NCBI GenBank assembly: GCA_000002445.1
Contig: CM000207.1
Location: 1,920,001 to 1,984,000, forward strand
Source of the DNA: Trypanosoma brucei
Lineage: Eukaryota
Reading direction: 5' to 3'
DNA: 64,000 nt
The translations under genes and the position numbers were made by a program. Below, piece after piece: positions 29,482-41,600 of the stretch (position 1 is its first letter; each line of letters begins with the position of its first letter). The notes under the pieces were generated by a model. The model saw nothing but the letters and a program-made list of their open reading frames with translations, was not told the origin of the DNA and ran no database searches.

Positions 29482-30654
29482 ATGTTCAGGACTATAGGAA
29501 TCGTGCGGTTATGGAGAACCTCGCGGATCGTTCGACTCCCAGCCAGTGGCTTGGGGACAGATGCCAAAAGTTGCACCGCGCCTACACAGCCGTTGAGTAC
29601 ATCATCAGCAACGTCCTCTTCTTCAATGATTTTGAAATACCCATACCGAGTCGTAGATACACATGAGAAACTAAAAGAGGCTGTTACTTCGCTACAAGGT
29701 GCTCGCTCGATTGCTCTGGACATCGAGGCTTTTTGTACAACGGACCAAGCGAAGCAGCTTGGACGTATATCACTGGTTCAGGCATGCTCAGATGCCAAAC
29801 CTGTAGTGTTTTTGTTCGACGTTCTCACCCTAACACCTGATGTGTTTGTCAAAGACATGCAATCCTTACTGAGTGATAGAGAGATAAGGAAGCTGTTCTT
29901 TGACTGCAGACGTGATGTGGAAGCACTCAGTTGCCAACTTGGGGTAAAACCGGAGGGTGTTTTAGATCTGCAAGTTTTCTTCACTGCCATTCAGTGGAAA
30001 TTGCGCAGTGTAAACCGCCGCTCGGGAATGGGGTACGTGCTGAAGAGTGTCGCTGGCCTCACACGACAGGAAGGAGACTCTGCAGTTCAAACCGCTATGA
30101 CACTTGGCAACCGCCCCGTTTGGGACATTCGACCCCTGCCGGACCATTTCCTTGAGTACGCTGCGGGTGATGTGCGGCACATTTTGCTGCTTTCCAATTA
30201 CCTTGTGGGAAACAAAGATGTTCCAGTGGATGTTGTTGCAGTGGAGCGACTCACTGCCCAATATGTTGAACATTACGCCGTGGGGAAACCAGTGATAACG
30301 GAGGCAGATGCCACACCTGCTGAGGTAAATAGGGCGTGGCTCGAACGGTACATTGGACCAGGTGGAGGTTGTCACTTCTGCGGGGCTAAGGGGCATACAG
30401 AGGCTGAATGCTTCAAAAAGCAAAATGGGAAGGCAAAATGCTCTTTCTGTGGGGAAGTCGGTCACACCGCACGCAACTGCTTCAAGAAACATCCGCAGCT
30501 CTTAACGTGCGAAAAGTGCGGTCAACTCGGGCATACGGGCACCAGTTGTTTTCGCACTAACCCGTGCAAGCACTGTGGTGGCCCCCATAGCAGCGCCAAT
30601 TGTCACAAAGTTATTTGGCAACAGAAACGTTTGGGGGAAAATTCTTTACATTGA
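29482..30654 (+). CDS. 3'-5' exonuclease domain protein (DEDDy, RNase D/WRN-exo-like) with three C-terminal CCHC zinc knuckles. Alternative ATG at 29626.
   Basis: ExoI SIALDIEAF (D,E), ExoIII YAAGDVRHILLL (Y..D). CX2CX4HX4C repeats: CHFCGAKGHTEAEC, CSFCGEVGHTARNC, CEKCGQLGHTGTSC. Confidence 0.72.
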   Translation: MFRTIGIVRLWRTSRIVRLPASGLGTDAKSCTAPTQPLSTSSATSSSSMILKYPYRVVDTHEKLKEAVTSLQGARSIALDIEAFCTTDQAKQLGRISLVQACSDAKPVVFLFDVLTLTPDVFVKDMQSLLSDREIRKLFFDCRRDVEALSCQLGVKPEGVLDLQVFFTAIQWKLRSVNRRSGMGYVLKSVAGLTRQEGDSAVQTAMTLGNRPVWDIRPLPDHFLEYAAGDVRHILLLSNYLVGNKDVPVDVVAVERLTAQYVEHYAVGKPVITEADATPAEVNRAWLERYIGPGGGCHFCGAKGHTEAECFKKQNGKAKCSFCGEVGHTARNCFKKHPQLLTCEKCGQLGHTGTSCFRTNPCKHCGGPHSSANCHKVIWQQKRLGENSLH

Positions 30655-31454
30655 ACGAAACGGTTTTTTTTTGTTACTGGGACAGCGGATATCAGCAACA
30701 AATACGCCTCTTCTTCGGCTCTCTCTTTCTCTTATCCTTTAATTTTTGAAGGGTTTGTTGGAAGAGAATGGAGGGATCCAGTGAATGTGCGTTACCGCAC
30801 TGGATGACAAAAGAAGGTAGTTATTGTAAATTTTTGATCCGTCGCAGTCATTTCAGCGTTGTGTTACTGGCGTATATGCTTGCATGCGGTTATACAAAAA
30901 TGTATTTATACATTTGTTATTAACAATTTTTCGTCATACATAGCTTGTACCGCATTTTGTCGTTACTTTATCATATAATCTTCGTTTCTTGTCTTGGCTT
31001 TCCATCATCGAATAGAGGCTGAGTATTCCTTTGAAGCTCCACCTTAGGAGAAGAAAGGGAAACGAAAAAGTGAAAGGGTTTCCAATCTAGGTCAATATAA
31101 ATACCTATATATTTCAAGTTGCAGCAGGTTGTACAGGTGCGGATCCCATTCCCTTTTACTGTTCTGGAGGAAGAAGGAGTTTAAACACCTCTTTCCTTCG
31201 GAAGCCTGTGGATTAAGGTGGTGAATAAACCACTGGACCGTAGCTTTGACCGTGGGAGGGGACATAATAAACAGTAGAAGTAAAAGATAAAAGTGAAGAA
31301 GCTTTATTACTATTATTATTATTGCTTTTCTAACTTGACAAAGAGCTGGGAGAAACGGAACTGGTACGTGCGCATCAGGGCCACATACGAACACCGAATT
31401 ATTAAAGGAAAAGAGAAGACTGCGAGCCTTCGAATTTGTTGTTAGATAACCCTC

Positions 31455-32810
31455 ATGTTGCGGTTCACGTCCGTCTCTTCGATTTGGCGACGCCTTGCCG
31501 CGGCACCGCCAACAGCAGCAACGGCAGCCTTTGCGAATGTTTCCAAGCGCCAATCTAGTAGTAACAAAGACTACTACAAAATATTGGGGGTCAGTCAATC
31601 CGCCAGTCAAAGTGACATTAAGAAGGCGTACCGCAAGCGCGCCCTCGAGACCCACCCTGATCAAGGTGGTAATAAAGAGGACTTTGCAGAAGTGGCAGAG
31701 GCATACGAATGCCTCAGTAACGAGGAGAAGCGCCGCATTTATGATCAGTACGGTTCTGAAGCCGCAGCCAACATGAACGCGGGTGGCGGCATGGGTGGCT
31801 TTGGTGGACGTAGTGCGGAAGATATTTTTGCGGAGTTCTTCAAAGGTGGCATGGGAGGTTTTGGTGGTAATAGGTCTGCCGGCCCACCTCAGGTGCCCCC
31901 GCTGGAGGTTACATTGAGGATGACGTTGGAGGAGGTCTATAAAGGTGCGTCGAAATCCCCTCGCGTTAATCGTCCAGTTGTTTGCTCAGATTGCCGTGGA
32001 TTCGGAACGAAGAGTCAGAAGAAAAAACCAAAGTGTTCTGAATGTGATGGAAGCGGCCACGTCGTGCAGCATCATCGTTTTGGACCAGGTATGGTACAGC
32101 AGACAGTGTCACAGTGCCCACGCTGTGGTGGAGCGGGTACCGTCGCAAAACCCGACGACAAGTGCCCCAAGTGCAAAGGCATGGGCTACCGGCACCTCGT
32201 GCAAAGCGTAAGCATTGACATTCCCGCTGGCGTACCGCCAGACGTCACGTTGGTTGTACGAGGTGAGGGTGGCACAATGCCTGAGGCCGAGCCCGGTGAC
32301 TTACACGTGCATGTTGAAGTCGAAGAACACAATGTCTTCAAGCGTCGGGGAAATGATCTTGTGGTGGAGAGGGATGTCACCCTTTCGGAAGCGTTGTTGG
32401 AGTTTGATCTGTCACTGAAAACGCTTGATGGTCGTTCAATTACTGTGAAGTCACCAAAAAGTTCTGTGCTGCAGCCGAACAGTGTTTTGAGGGTGGCTGG
32501 TGAGGGCATGCCGAACTCCAGTGGCGGTAATGGAGACCTCTACATCGTTACGAAACTCAAATTGCCCCGTACCCTCACGGATCAGCAAAAGGAAGCTGTC
32601 AAGAAAGCGTTTGGAGAACCAAAGAAGAAAGACCCAGACAGCGGTTCTGACAAAACTGTCACAGCATCTGTGCTTCGAGGAGGCGTACGGGAAATGGAGG
32701 AGGCATTACATAGCAACTGGGACTCAGAACGGGGAGGTGGATCACAGCAAGGTAACGGCCGCCGCCGCAGTGGTCGTAAGCAACATACAGCCGAGTGCGT
32801 TCATCAGTAG
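31455..32810 (+). CDS. DnaJ/Hsp40 type I with J domain, G/F region and 4x CxxCxGxG zinc finger. The N-terminal presequence suggests a mitochondrial location (Mdj1-like).
   Basis: DYYKILGV...HPDQ J-domain HPD motif, [10 protein letters not shown] region, [32 protein letters not shown] repeats, R/S/A-rich N-terminus. Confidence 0.88.
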   Translation: MLRFTSVSSIWRRLAAAPPTAATAAFANVSKRQSSSNKDYYKILGVSQSASQSDIKKAYRKRALETHPDQGGNKEDFAEVAEAYECLSNEEKRRIYDQYGSEAAANMNAGGGMGGFGGRSAEDIFAEFFKGGMGGFGGNRSAGPPQVPPLEVTLRMTLEEVYKGASKSPRVNRPVVCSDCRGFGTKSQKKKPKCSECDGSGHVVQHHRFGPGMVQQTVSQCPRCGGAGTVAKPDDKCPKCKGMGYRHLVQSVSIDIPAGVPPDVTLVVRGEGGTMPEAEPGDLHVHVEVEEHNVFKRRGNDLVVERDVTLSEALLEFDLSLKTLDGRSITVKSPKSSVLQPNSVLRVAGEGMPNSSGGNGDLYIVTKLKLPRTLTDQQKEAVKKAFGEPKKKDPDSGSDKTVTASVLRGGVREMEEALHSNWDSERGGGSQQGNGRRRSGRKQHTAECVHQ

Positions 32811-33754
32811 TCTTTCTTTAGGAGGATATCGGAGTGCTTCCTTTTTATTGTGTTTTTTTTGTTAATTCTCACAGTACATGAAGGCTAACGTCTACATTCA
32901 ACTAAATTTACTGTATATTTCTCGGTGTTGTTGGTGTTCTTGTCGTGAAGCTTACTGGAGGGAGACCCTGCTTATTTCCACTTCTTATAGTCTTCACCGC
33001 ACCTGTGGTGGTATAACGTCTGCTTGTTTATCTGTGTTTGTGTGAGCAGGGGTTTGCATCGTACATTTTTTCCACACATAAGCTGCGACCAAAATTGTTG
33101 ATTTTTATTAGTTTGCCGCTTCTCTTGTTTGTTTGTTCGTTTCTTTCTCCCTCCCCCTTCCCGTCCATACGTCTCCCCCCCCTTTCTCGACGTTTTGAGT
33201 GTGTCAGCAACCAACATGAGCCGGTGGGAGTGTAAATAATCTCAGACGCACAACGCATAAAAAACAGGGAATGGAAGAAAGAGTTACGATTCGATACCTG
33301 CATCAGGGAGAAATAATAGAGGGAGGGGGAGAAATTAGTGAGCGAATGAATTATAGAGTGGGGTGAGAAGAGGATGTGAGGGCCGACTAACTCCCAGGCA
33401 TGCAGTTGACAGCAGGTTACTCACACGAAATTTAATCGTACATACCATTTTAAAACATAACGGTAACAATATTAAAATGAAATTATCACTACTTTTACTT
33501 ACGATATCAGACTCGGCAATGATGTCTGTGTATGGTTAGATTCATATGCGTGTGTTGCTGTGTACACGTGCACATTGCAGAGATACCATCTGTGAGCATT
33601 GACTGATATGCTGCTTCCCTTTTCACTGGTTTTCAAACATATTTACATTTTTTGGTCGGTAGAACCCACTGTGTGTTGGAACTCATTCTTAGCGTGCAGA
33701 GGGGGGAAAAAGCAGCATTGCAAAGTAGCGGGGGTGTGCTGAAAGAACATTTAA

Positions 33755-34996
33755 ATGGGTTCAAAGTATGACCGAGTTAAGGTGAAAGTTCATCTCGATG
33801 ATGAGCATTACTATATACTGTCGCGCTTCATACTGTCAAAAATGCTTACAGCATGTAAGTTACCAACCACAGCGGCAGTTTGCGTGAGCCTTGCGCTAAA
33901 GAAATCGTTGGTGGATCAGGAAAGGCTTGATATATCGCAGAGGGAGCTGGAGGCTGCCACTCTCTCAACAATGGCGCAACACGGTTACGGGGCCGCGTTT
34001 ACACGCCTTCTTCCGGTTATGACTCGTTTTTTCATTGAGCGCACCCCGCTTATTGTTTTCATGGCCGGGAGTGGGTGCTGTGGCAAAACCTCTATGGCAC
34101 GTTCTCTGAGTGTGAGACTGAATACGCACAACATTGTCAGTACGGACTTGTTGCTCGATATTCTTAGAGCAACGCACCATGCGTACCCATCTAGTGCTCT
34201 GCGCGGTGATCTGGTTGAGCTTTCCGATGAAAGAGTGTTACCATGTGTAAGCGAACATTCGCTATGGTTGAGTGACACGTTAGCGGTTGATGATTTTGTG
34301 CGGCTGTGGCGAACGCTTACGAGAGCCATTCGCTCGTTAGTGGAAGGAGAGGTAGAAAAAGCGTTAGTGGAGGGGAAAGTTCTCATAGTGGAGGGGAGTC
34401 TTATTGACCTCTCACTGTACCACAATTACCTGTTGGATAGCTTTCAATCCCAACGTGGTGTTATTGCAGTGGCATTTCATATCAGCTCTGATGAAATGTC
34501 TCGCAACTTTGCAGTTGAACGGCTTGTCTCCACGTATCGCAGTGTACTTCCTCTTTCCTATACCGATAATTACAATGGTGCTCTGGAATGGGTTCAGTGT
34601 CGGTTGAGGGCTATTGAAGGGGAACACCTCCGAGTGTTACGAGGTGACAGCAGTGCCATGCAGCTCCATTGTATTGATGACAGTTTGTGTGACCCAGCTA
34701 CCGGTGACTCAACCTCCGTACGGGATCTTAGTGAATCGTACAGTAATGAGACTTCCTCTACTTGTGATACACGACAGTTAAGGTTATCACAAGACAATGC
34801 AGAAATAGTTCCCGTATATGGTGTAACGAACAGCATGGCTGCATCCTCAAGGGTATGTGAGTCCATGCACGGTCTTATTTTAGACCGAATAATCAGCGCA
34901 CTGAAACAAAAAGGACCACTAAATTTGGAGCATGGAAACGTAGTTTGGTGTCAAGCAATGGATTCCGAATACATGTCGCCTACTAACGATACGTGA
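33755..34996 (+). CDS. P-loop NTPase of the 2-phosphoglycerate kinase (2PGK)-like family
   Basis: Walker A in LIVFMAGSGCCGKTSMARSLSVRLNTHNIVSTDLLLDILRA, matching the 2PGK-family block (pLiLvcGtaCvGKStiAtqLaqRLNlpnVlqTDmvyELLR). Confidence 0.55.
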   Translation: MGSKYDRVKVKVHLDDEHYYILSRFILSKMLTACKLPTTAAVCVSLALKKSLVDQERLDISQRELEAATLSTMAQHGYGAAFTRLLPVMTRFFIERTPLIVFMAGSGCCGKTSMARSLSVRLNTHNIVSTDLLLDILRATHHAYPSSALRGDLVELSDERVLPCVSEHSLWLSDTLAVDDFVRLWRTLTRAIRSLVEGEVEKALVEGKVLIVEGSLIDLSLYHNYLLDSFQSQRGVIAVAFHISSDEMSRNFAVERLVSTYRSVLPLSYTDNYNGALEWVQCRLRAIEGEHLRVLRGDSSAMQLHCIDDSLCDPATGDSTSVRDLSESYSNETSSTCDTRQLRLSQDNAEIVPVYGVTNSMAASSRVCESMHGLILDRIISALKQKGPLNLEHGNVVWCQAMDSEYMSPTNDT

Positions 34997-36140
34997 TTTG
35001 ATGTCAAAAACCTTTTTTTTGTCCCACCATCTAGGTGGATGATCACGATGCTTTGTTTTTTTTTGCTATGGGAACCTTTCCCCTTTCGTCCTTTGCGTCC
35101 ACACGTGGGAGAGGGTGCTAGTTTTTTTTTAATTTTTTGCCAGTTGAAAATAAGACCAATTCGCGCGCACAATTTTGGATGTGTCTCCCTTCTCTCATGT
35201 TGCCACATTAACCACACATTTAATGCATTTTCTTCTGTTCTGCTCTGTTTATTTTTTTTTGAACATGTACACGCACACATTAAAATATATAACACCATGT
35301 GTTTCTCCCTCTTTTCTCTTCGTTTGTGTAATTGAAAACAACAAATGAGGCACCGAAGTAAAAAAAAAAAAGGTAAAATGTTCAACCCGCTCGCACCGAT
35401 GATATTAGCACGGCATGGGGAACGTTTCAGCTGTTATTAGGTCGTCCAGTATGGTGCTTTTAGTCACTTTTGGATTTATTCAACGGCAGCGAGATTCCAC
35501 CTCTGCGTTCCTTTCCGTACTCATGCGTGCCCATTTTTGGTGAGGATTTCATACTGTGTCATGGGCTTTCACCTCAAATGAAAGTCCTTCATATGGTGAC
35601 AAACTTTGCATCTTATGTTAAAATATGCTTTCGACCCTTTTTGAGCTGAGGAGAGCTTTAAAAAAAAAAATGAGGTTTAATGTGTTTATTTGATAAAGCC
35701 GGTAGTTTCCTCACCGATGAATGGGATTCCCCCTAATATTGCGATGGACAATGACATTCACCATTTGTTTTCATATTTTCGCAACCGGCAGTTGCACGAA
35801 CCCACACTTAGAAACGTATCCCCGCTTCCCGAACAATTTGTTAATAATGGCAATAATCTGAAAAAAACGCTCCTATACACACTCCCTGTTGATTTCACAA
35901 TAACTTTTCGTATCGTAGTGATTGCTAATGCTCATGCTATGCTCTGTTGCTATTGACTCACATTGCTTTTGTTTTTTTTTCGTGTATTGGCTCGGTGGTG
36001 TTCACTAAATTCTTTCGTTACGTACTTCTTTGAGATAAAGGCACAAAACAACATTAGGAGCAATACAACAAGGGAACTACAACCCCCCTTATTATAACTG
36101 TAATTATTCTCATTGTTGATAGGACTTCGAGCAAAATTAT

Positions 36141-37172
36141 ATGCTTCGCCGCACGCTGCGGAAGAGGGGCGGATTCTTTCAGAATTTCAAATCCGATAAA
36201 AATAATTTCTTTACTTCGCTGTGGAATAAGCCACAAACCCGTGATGAACGCGTTAAAAGTTATGTGCCAGAGGTGATTGAGGAAAGTCTTCAGGAACAGC
36301 GCGCCGTGCTGCAAGAGAATACTGCACGTGATGTTGTAGTTGAACTTGGTTATAAAATCTTGCGCGAGATCGAAAACAAGCGGCCGACGCCGAGTATCGC
36401 GCCACATCTGGACAAAATCCTCCAAGAGTACGGATGCAAAGACCTTATCGCCCAACGGCCACTAAGTTACTTGCTTTATCCATGTTCCAGTATGAGTGGT
36501 GGGCACCAGCCGCATGAACTGGTCTCTAACTTCACGGAAAATTTTCGTGAACTTGTAGAAGAGGTAGAGCGCAGTGGCTGCTCGTTACGCGTTGGTAAGC
36601 GTGCCAACATAAGTAAAACGACTCGAGGAAAGGACACATTAGAAAATGTTTCTGACGATGCTGCCACCTTGCAGGAAGCGTCCTCGGATGATAAGCCATC
36701 GGATACGTCGAAGTCTGGACCTGTTATAATGGTGGCAAAAGAGGAGCATGAACCAATGGATGTTACGCTCTTCATAAGGGTGGTGTCTGCAATGGCACTC
36801 GCCAACGTACAAAACGGTGATTTGAGCAGTGCTGTGCGGTGTGTGGACGTATGCCTGGATTATGTGGTTGAGCCTTCACGCCACGGTGGCCTACTAGGAA
36901 TGAAAGCGGGGATTCTCGTGCATCAGCGGAAGTTCGAAGAAGCCGTCCAATGCGCAAATGAAGCTGTTCAAGTATCTGGGAATATACAGGGGTATATACA
37001 TGGGGCCTTTGCATTACGTATGTTGAACAAACTTAAAGAGGTGGTTCAGTTACTTGAAAAGGGGAGAGAAGATCATCCAATGAACACACAAATTGTTGAT
37101 TTGATTGAGGAAGCGCGTAAAGACCTTGAGGATAAGCCAGTAGTGGAAGAAACAAAGAAAATTACCTCATAA
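36141..37172 (+). CDS. Hypothetical protein of 343 aa with an acidic middle region and a possible TPR-like helical C-terminus
   Basis: ATG-initiated ORF in the same orientation as its neighbours. No diagnostic motif recognised. Confidence 0.5.
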   Translation: MLRRTLRKRGGFFQNFKSDKNNFFTSLWNKPQTRDERVKSYVPEVIEESLQEQRAVLQENTARDVVVELGYKILREIENKRPTPSIAPHLDKILQEYGCKDLIAQRPLSYLLYPCSSMSGGHQPHELVSNFTENFRELVEEVERSGCSLRVGKRANISKTTRGKDTLENVSDDAATLQEASSDDKPSDTSKSGPVIMVAKEEHEPMDVTLFIRVVSAMALANVQNGDLSSAVRCVDVCLDYVVEPSRHGGLLGMKAGILVHQRKFEEAVQCANEAVQVSGNIQGYIHGAFALRMLNKLKEVVQLLEKGREDHPMNTQIVDLIEEARKDLEDKPVVEETKKITS

Positions 37173-37589
37173 ATGACGACGAAAATTACGTGAAGTTGAA
37201 GAGAAGAATATGGATGTGGGAAGGTAAAAAAAAAAATGACAAAAAGGGGTTCCCGGTGGTAAAATCAGGTTTTGCAACAATAATAGCGAATTGTGCAACA
37301 GCGTTTCGACGTGGGAAACTGGCATTTGCTAATACAATGGATCGTACTAACAAAGCCAGACGTTTGTTAACTGTGGATCCATCATCATTTTCGCTTTTGT
37401 ACTCGAACTGGTTCCACATAATCCTTTTCTACTCCAATGGAGCGTCACTTTTGGGTCCGTGCTGATTATATCATGAATGCTCTGATTATGACGACATCGG
37501 TGAGAGCCCCTCGAATTCGACGTTCACTTTTATATCTTTAAGACACATCGAAGAGAACACATATATTTCCGATGCGGGTCACTAGTATC

Positions 37590-37600
37590 GGGGGGGGGGG
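37590..37600. repeat. G11 homopolymer. A similar G11 lies at 49023-49033.
   Basis: atcgggggggggggtgtaac. Confidence 0.8.
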
Positions 37601-38628
37601 TGTAACTTCAAAACACTTATTTTTCGTTTCGTGCATCGAATTTTGTTAACCTACCACGGAGAATATTGTCGAATCACAACTGCCCGGATTTTAGGGGATC
37701 TGCTGCAGCACGTCTGAGGGCCATCATTATTTCACGCTCACAACACTCTTTCTTTTCTTTGCGTGCGGTATGGGTGAACGCTTTTGCTACCTTTTGATGC
37801 GCAATGAATTTCCGTTCTATCCCGATTATCGTGACTACTTGGCGATTAAATATCTTTCTTTTTTGTCACCAACCCTGTTGATGGTTTAACGCGTGGATTA
37901 CAGACCAACATATACCATCATTTTCTATCTGGGAACTGTGGAAAAATTGGTTACGTCACGAAATTTCTAATGGATGTGAGGGGAGGAGGTGCCAACCTTA
38001 CGTTTTATTACAAATATGAAAAACGATCAACATCAGCCACAGTATGTGGTGGTCGTGTTTATTCAAATTTTGATCACGACTTAACTTAACGTCGTCATAT
38101 GTTGTTTCGCTGGGCTGGAAGAGAACTCTCATATCGAATTCGTCCCGACTCTGACGAATTAAGGGGTGGAATTCGGGAGTAAGTTGTTTATCACATCGAC
38201 ACGGGGGATGCTGTTTTGAGTTCTTTTATTTTATATCTTCTTTTGTATTGGTGGCAGTACGTACGGACAGATGTGTATACAGACGGAACGGATATTGGGG
38301 TTTTGGTTACTTTGTATAGGCTTTCTTTTATGTCCGCACCTGTGGATCTGACAAGCTCTATAATGTTACTCTTTTTCTTTTTCTTTTGCTTTGTGCATTG
38401 TGTTTCACCTTTTTTCTCCTTAAAAAATCTCAAAAAATTCCCACCATATAACGATGTAGTGACACAGGCAGGAACAGTGGATCGAGCTTGTTTTTGTTGT
38501 GTGTGTGTGTGGAACAACACTACGTACGGTTTAATTTCGGTAGGCCGTGACAACGGGTGGTTTCTAATAACGACGTAACGCTATCTACCTGTGCCGTTAA
38601 TCACACGACGATAAATAATAACAATAAC

Positions 38629-41600
38629 ATGAAACTACTGCGACGAGGGATCGTCCGCATCCGGAATGTGGCAGCCTTTCCCATTCCCCCCGCACTGCTT
38701 TGCGCACGGCGTGGCGTGACCTCTACGCCGGTTTCTATGCAGAACGCACGTAGTGGGCATTTTCGTCCCTTTTCATCAGACGATGAAGCCCAGCTGGCGG
38801 CAATACTCACAACAAAACCGCGGCATGTGGCTCGATACGTTCGTCAGTCGGTTCTTCATTCACGGCGAAAAATAACCCACTTTCGCAACAGCGTTACCTT
38901 TCTCATGATTGCTTTGCAGTCGAGACTGCAACGAAGTGAAATATCTCCAGCAGATGCTTCTGCACTGGTAGAGAGTCTTATGAAAGAGTGTGTTGAGCTT
39001 CGGCAGGGGGATATGGCGCATCTCCTCTTTCGGGCGTCTATTCGATTCCGTAAATACGGTATGCCTATGCATTATCCCTTAGTAAAACATCTATTTGACT
39101 CCTACAGATCTGATAACGCTCGGGACCTCATGAAAAACATGGCTGATGAGCTGCGTGGTGACGAAACCCTGCGAATGTTAGCGGTACTATCGTATCAACT
39201 GTCCGGAAAATATGAGGAGGGGGAGAAACTCCTGCAAGAAATTCCCTTGGAGAAGATTGGCACAGAAGACTATTGTGCTCTTCTAGGAACGTATGGAATG
39301 ACTTCACAATACAGGCGTATCATTTCCCTCACCAATCAGCTACTGAATCATCGAGAGGCGGCGAACGGGTCACGTTTTGATTTCGACGCCATATTTTCAG
39401 CTGCAATCATAGCGATCCGTGGCGATGGTGACATGCTTGAGGAGGTGACGAAACAGGCACTGGACAATCGGGCGCAGTTATCAGACCAAGCTATCGGAAC
39501 CCTCATGCGGGCTCGGTTGCAGCGGTGTCGCACTGCCTCCGATGTGTACGAGGCTGAAAGGTTGCTTCGTGAGGATTTAGGGGTTAACATGCTGGGGATG
39601 GCTGCTCAAACGGCAGTAATTGCTCGCTGCAGCGAAATCTTATCGAAAGGTCAAAAGGTGAGCGACGAGATTATGCTGCAGAAGGTTCAACTCCTCGACA
39701 GTGCAGTTGATGAGTCTGTGGCAAATGACGCCATTGATAACTTGGAGCCATCCTACCTGACGTCACTTATTAAGGGGTATGGCGTACTTGGTCGTTTTGA
39801 TGACATGAAGCGATGCTTCAACCGCCTAAAGGAAGCTGGTGCCTTGCATGACGGTCGTTTGTATGACGAAATGCTACGCTGGTATGCACACGCGTACAAC
39901 CTTAAAGAGGTTATTGCGTTGAAGGAGGAGATGCAGGAGCAGCATATTTATCACACAGCGTATACTTACCAGCATTTGTTTCGTGTTCTCGATAAATACT
40001 ACCCTCGTATGGTAGAGAAGTACATGAACGAGATGCGTAGCAAGGGGATCCAGATTGAATATTACATGTATCCGACGCTTCTGCGCGTGTTCGGTGTTTT
40101 GCAGGACTACTCAATTGTGGAGCAGCTTTACCGGGAGATTAAAGGTAAGGTTGCTGCTGGAGATGTCCAAGTCTTTTCTCCTGCAGTTGCAGTGCAATTA
40201 CTGAAGACATATCAACACGACACAAGTCGTTGCGAGGTTATTATACAAGAAGCTGAGAACTACGGATTACTAGCGAACGAAGCAGTGCAAGCTGAGATCG
40301 TGCAATACTACTCCATGAATAACCGACACGAGGATTTAAATGCTTTGGTTTCACGAATACCATATAAATCTCCGGATATCTATCGCGTTCTCCTTCGTGA
40401 TACGTCAAAGCACCGCAATCGTCAAGGTTTCGACGCTCTTCTCAAAGAAATGCGGGAGAGGCACGTTTCTGTAAATGAGCGAACATTCGGCGAGGTGATA
40501 ACGGGTTTGGGGCACTTTAACGACTTAGAAGGTGTAAAGCGGTATTTCCATGAAGCCCTTACCAGCAATGCCGTACGGTCGCCATTGTTCTTCGCCGTTG
40601 CAGCGTCTGCCTTTGCCCGTTTGGGCGATGCGCAGGCAGTGGACGAGTGTTGGAACGATCTCCTGCAATCCAAGGTTACCATAACGATGCCCGTGTACAA
40701 CAAGTTTCTTGATTTGTACATGGCTAGCAACAATGTGGAAATGGTGCAGCAGATTCTCAACACTATGATGAAACTCGTGCCACCCAACCCTGTAACGGCT
40801 ACGACAGTTGTTGACATGCTTGGAAAGATGGGCAGGCTCAGTGAGATGGAGTGCGTGTTAGAGGAGATGTCTCGATCCGCCAATGCAGCCCCCACGCAGG
40901 TGACGTACCACCAGGCAATGAATGCCTATGCGAAAAGCGGGGACGTTACTAAGATGGAGGCGATGCGGGAAAAAATGAAAGAAGAAGGGTTTCAGGAGAA
41001 TCACATCACATTTAATATTCTTTTTGAGGGTTACGGGCGCGCTAAGCGATACGAACGCGTAAAGGAATTGGTGGAGGAACGTAAAAGCAAGCAAATAGCA
41101 ATGGAAGAATTTGGCTATGCCGTGCTTCTCAACATTTACTCACGTGCGCACATGGTGGAAGAAACGACACAGATTGTAGAAGAAATGGTTTCTGCCGGTG
41201 TACCGTTTACTAGCCGCATGCTGGCAACCCTCGCAACTTCTTTTAGCTACATTGGTGATATACCAAAGGTGGAGCACTACGTGTCGCTACTCCTCTCCCA
41301 CAGGGACCGACGACAACGGGACGTGGAATCAGTTTACCTCATGTACGCTAAAATGCGTGACACTGTAAAGATTCAGGAGCTTTTGGATTCTGAGAAACTT
41401 CCCAAGACACAGTTTATTTATAACGTGTGTGTAGGTGCGTTTGCGCGGGCCGGTGAGCACACTAAGGTTGCGTCGCTGCTCACACAAATGGAAGAGAGAG
41501 GGTTCACCCTCTCCCGTAACACAAGCGTGACGCTCAGTACCCTTTTGCTCAAGGCTGGAAAGTTGGAGTTAGCTCAGACCGTGTTAAAGTGGAAGGGATG

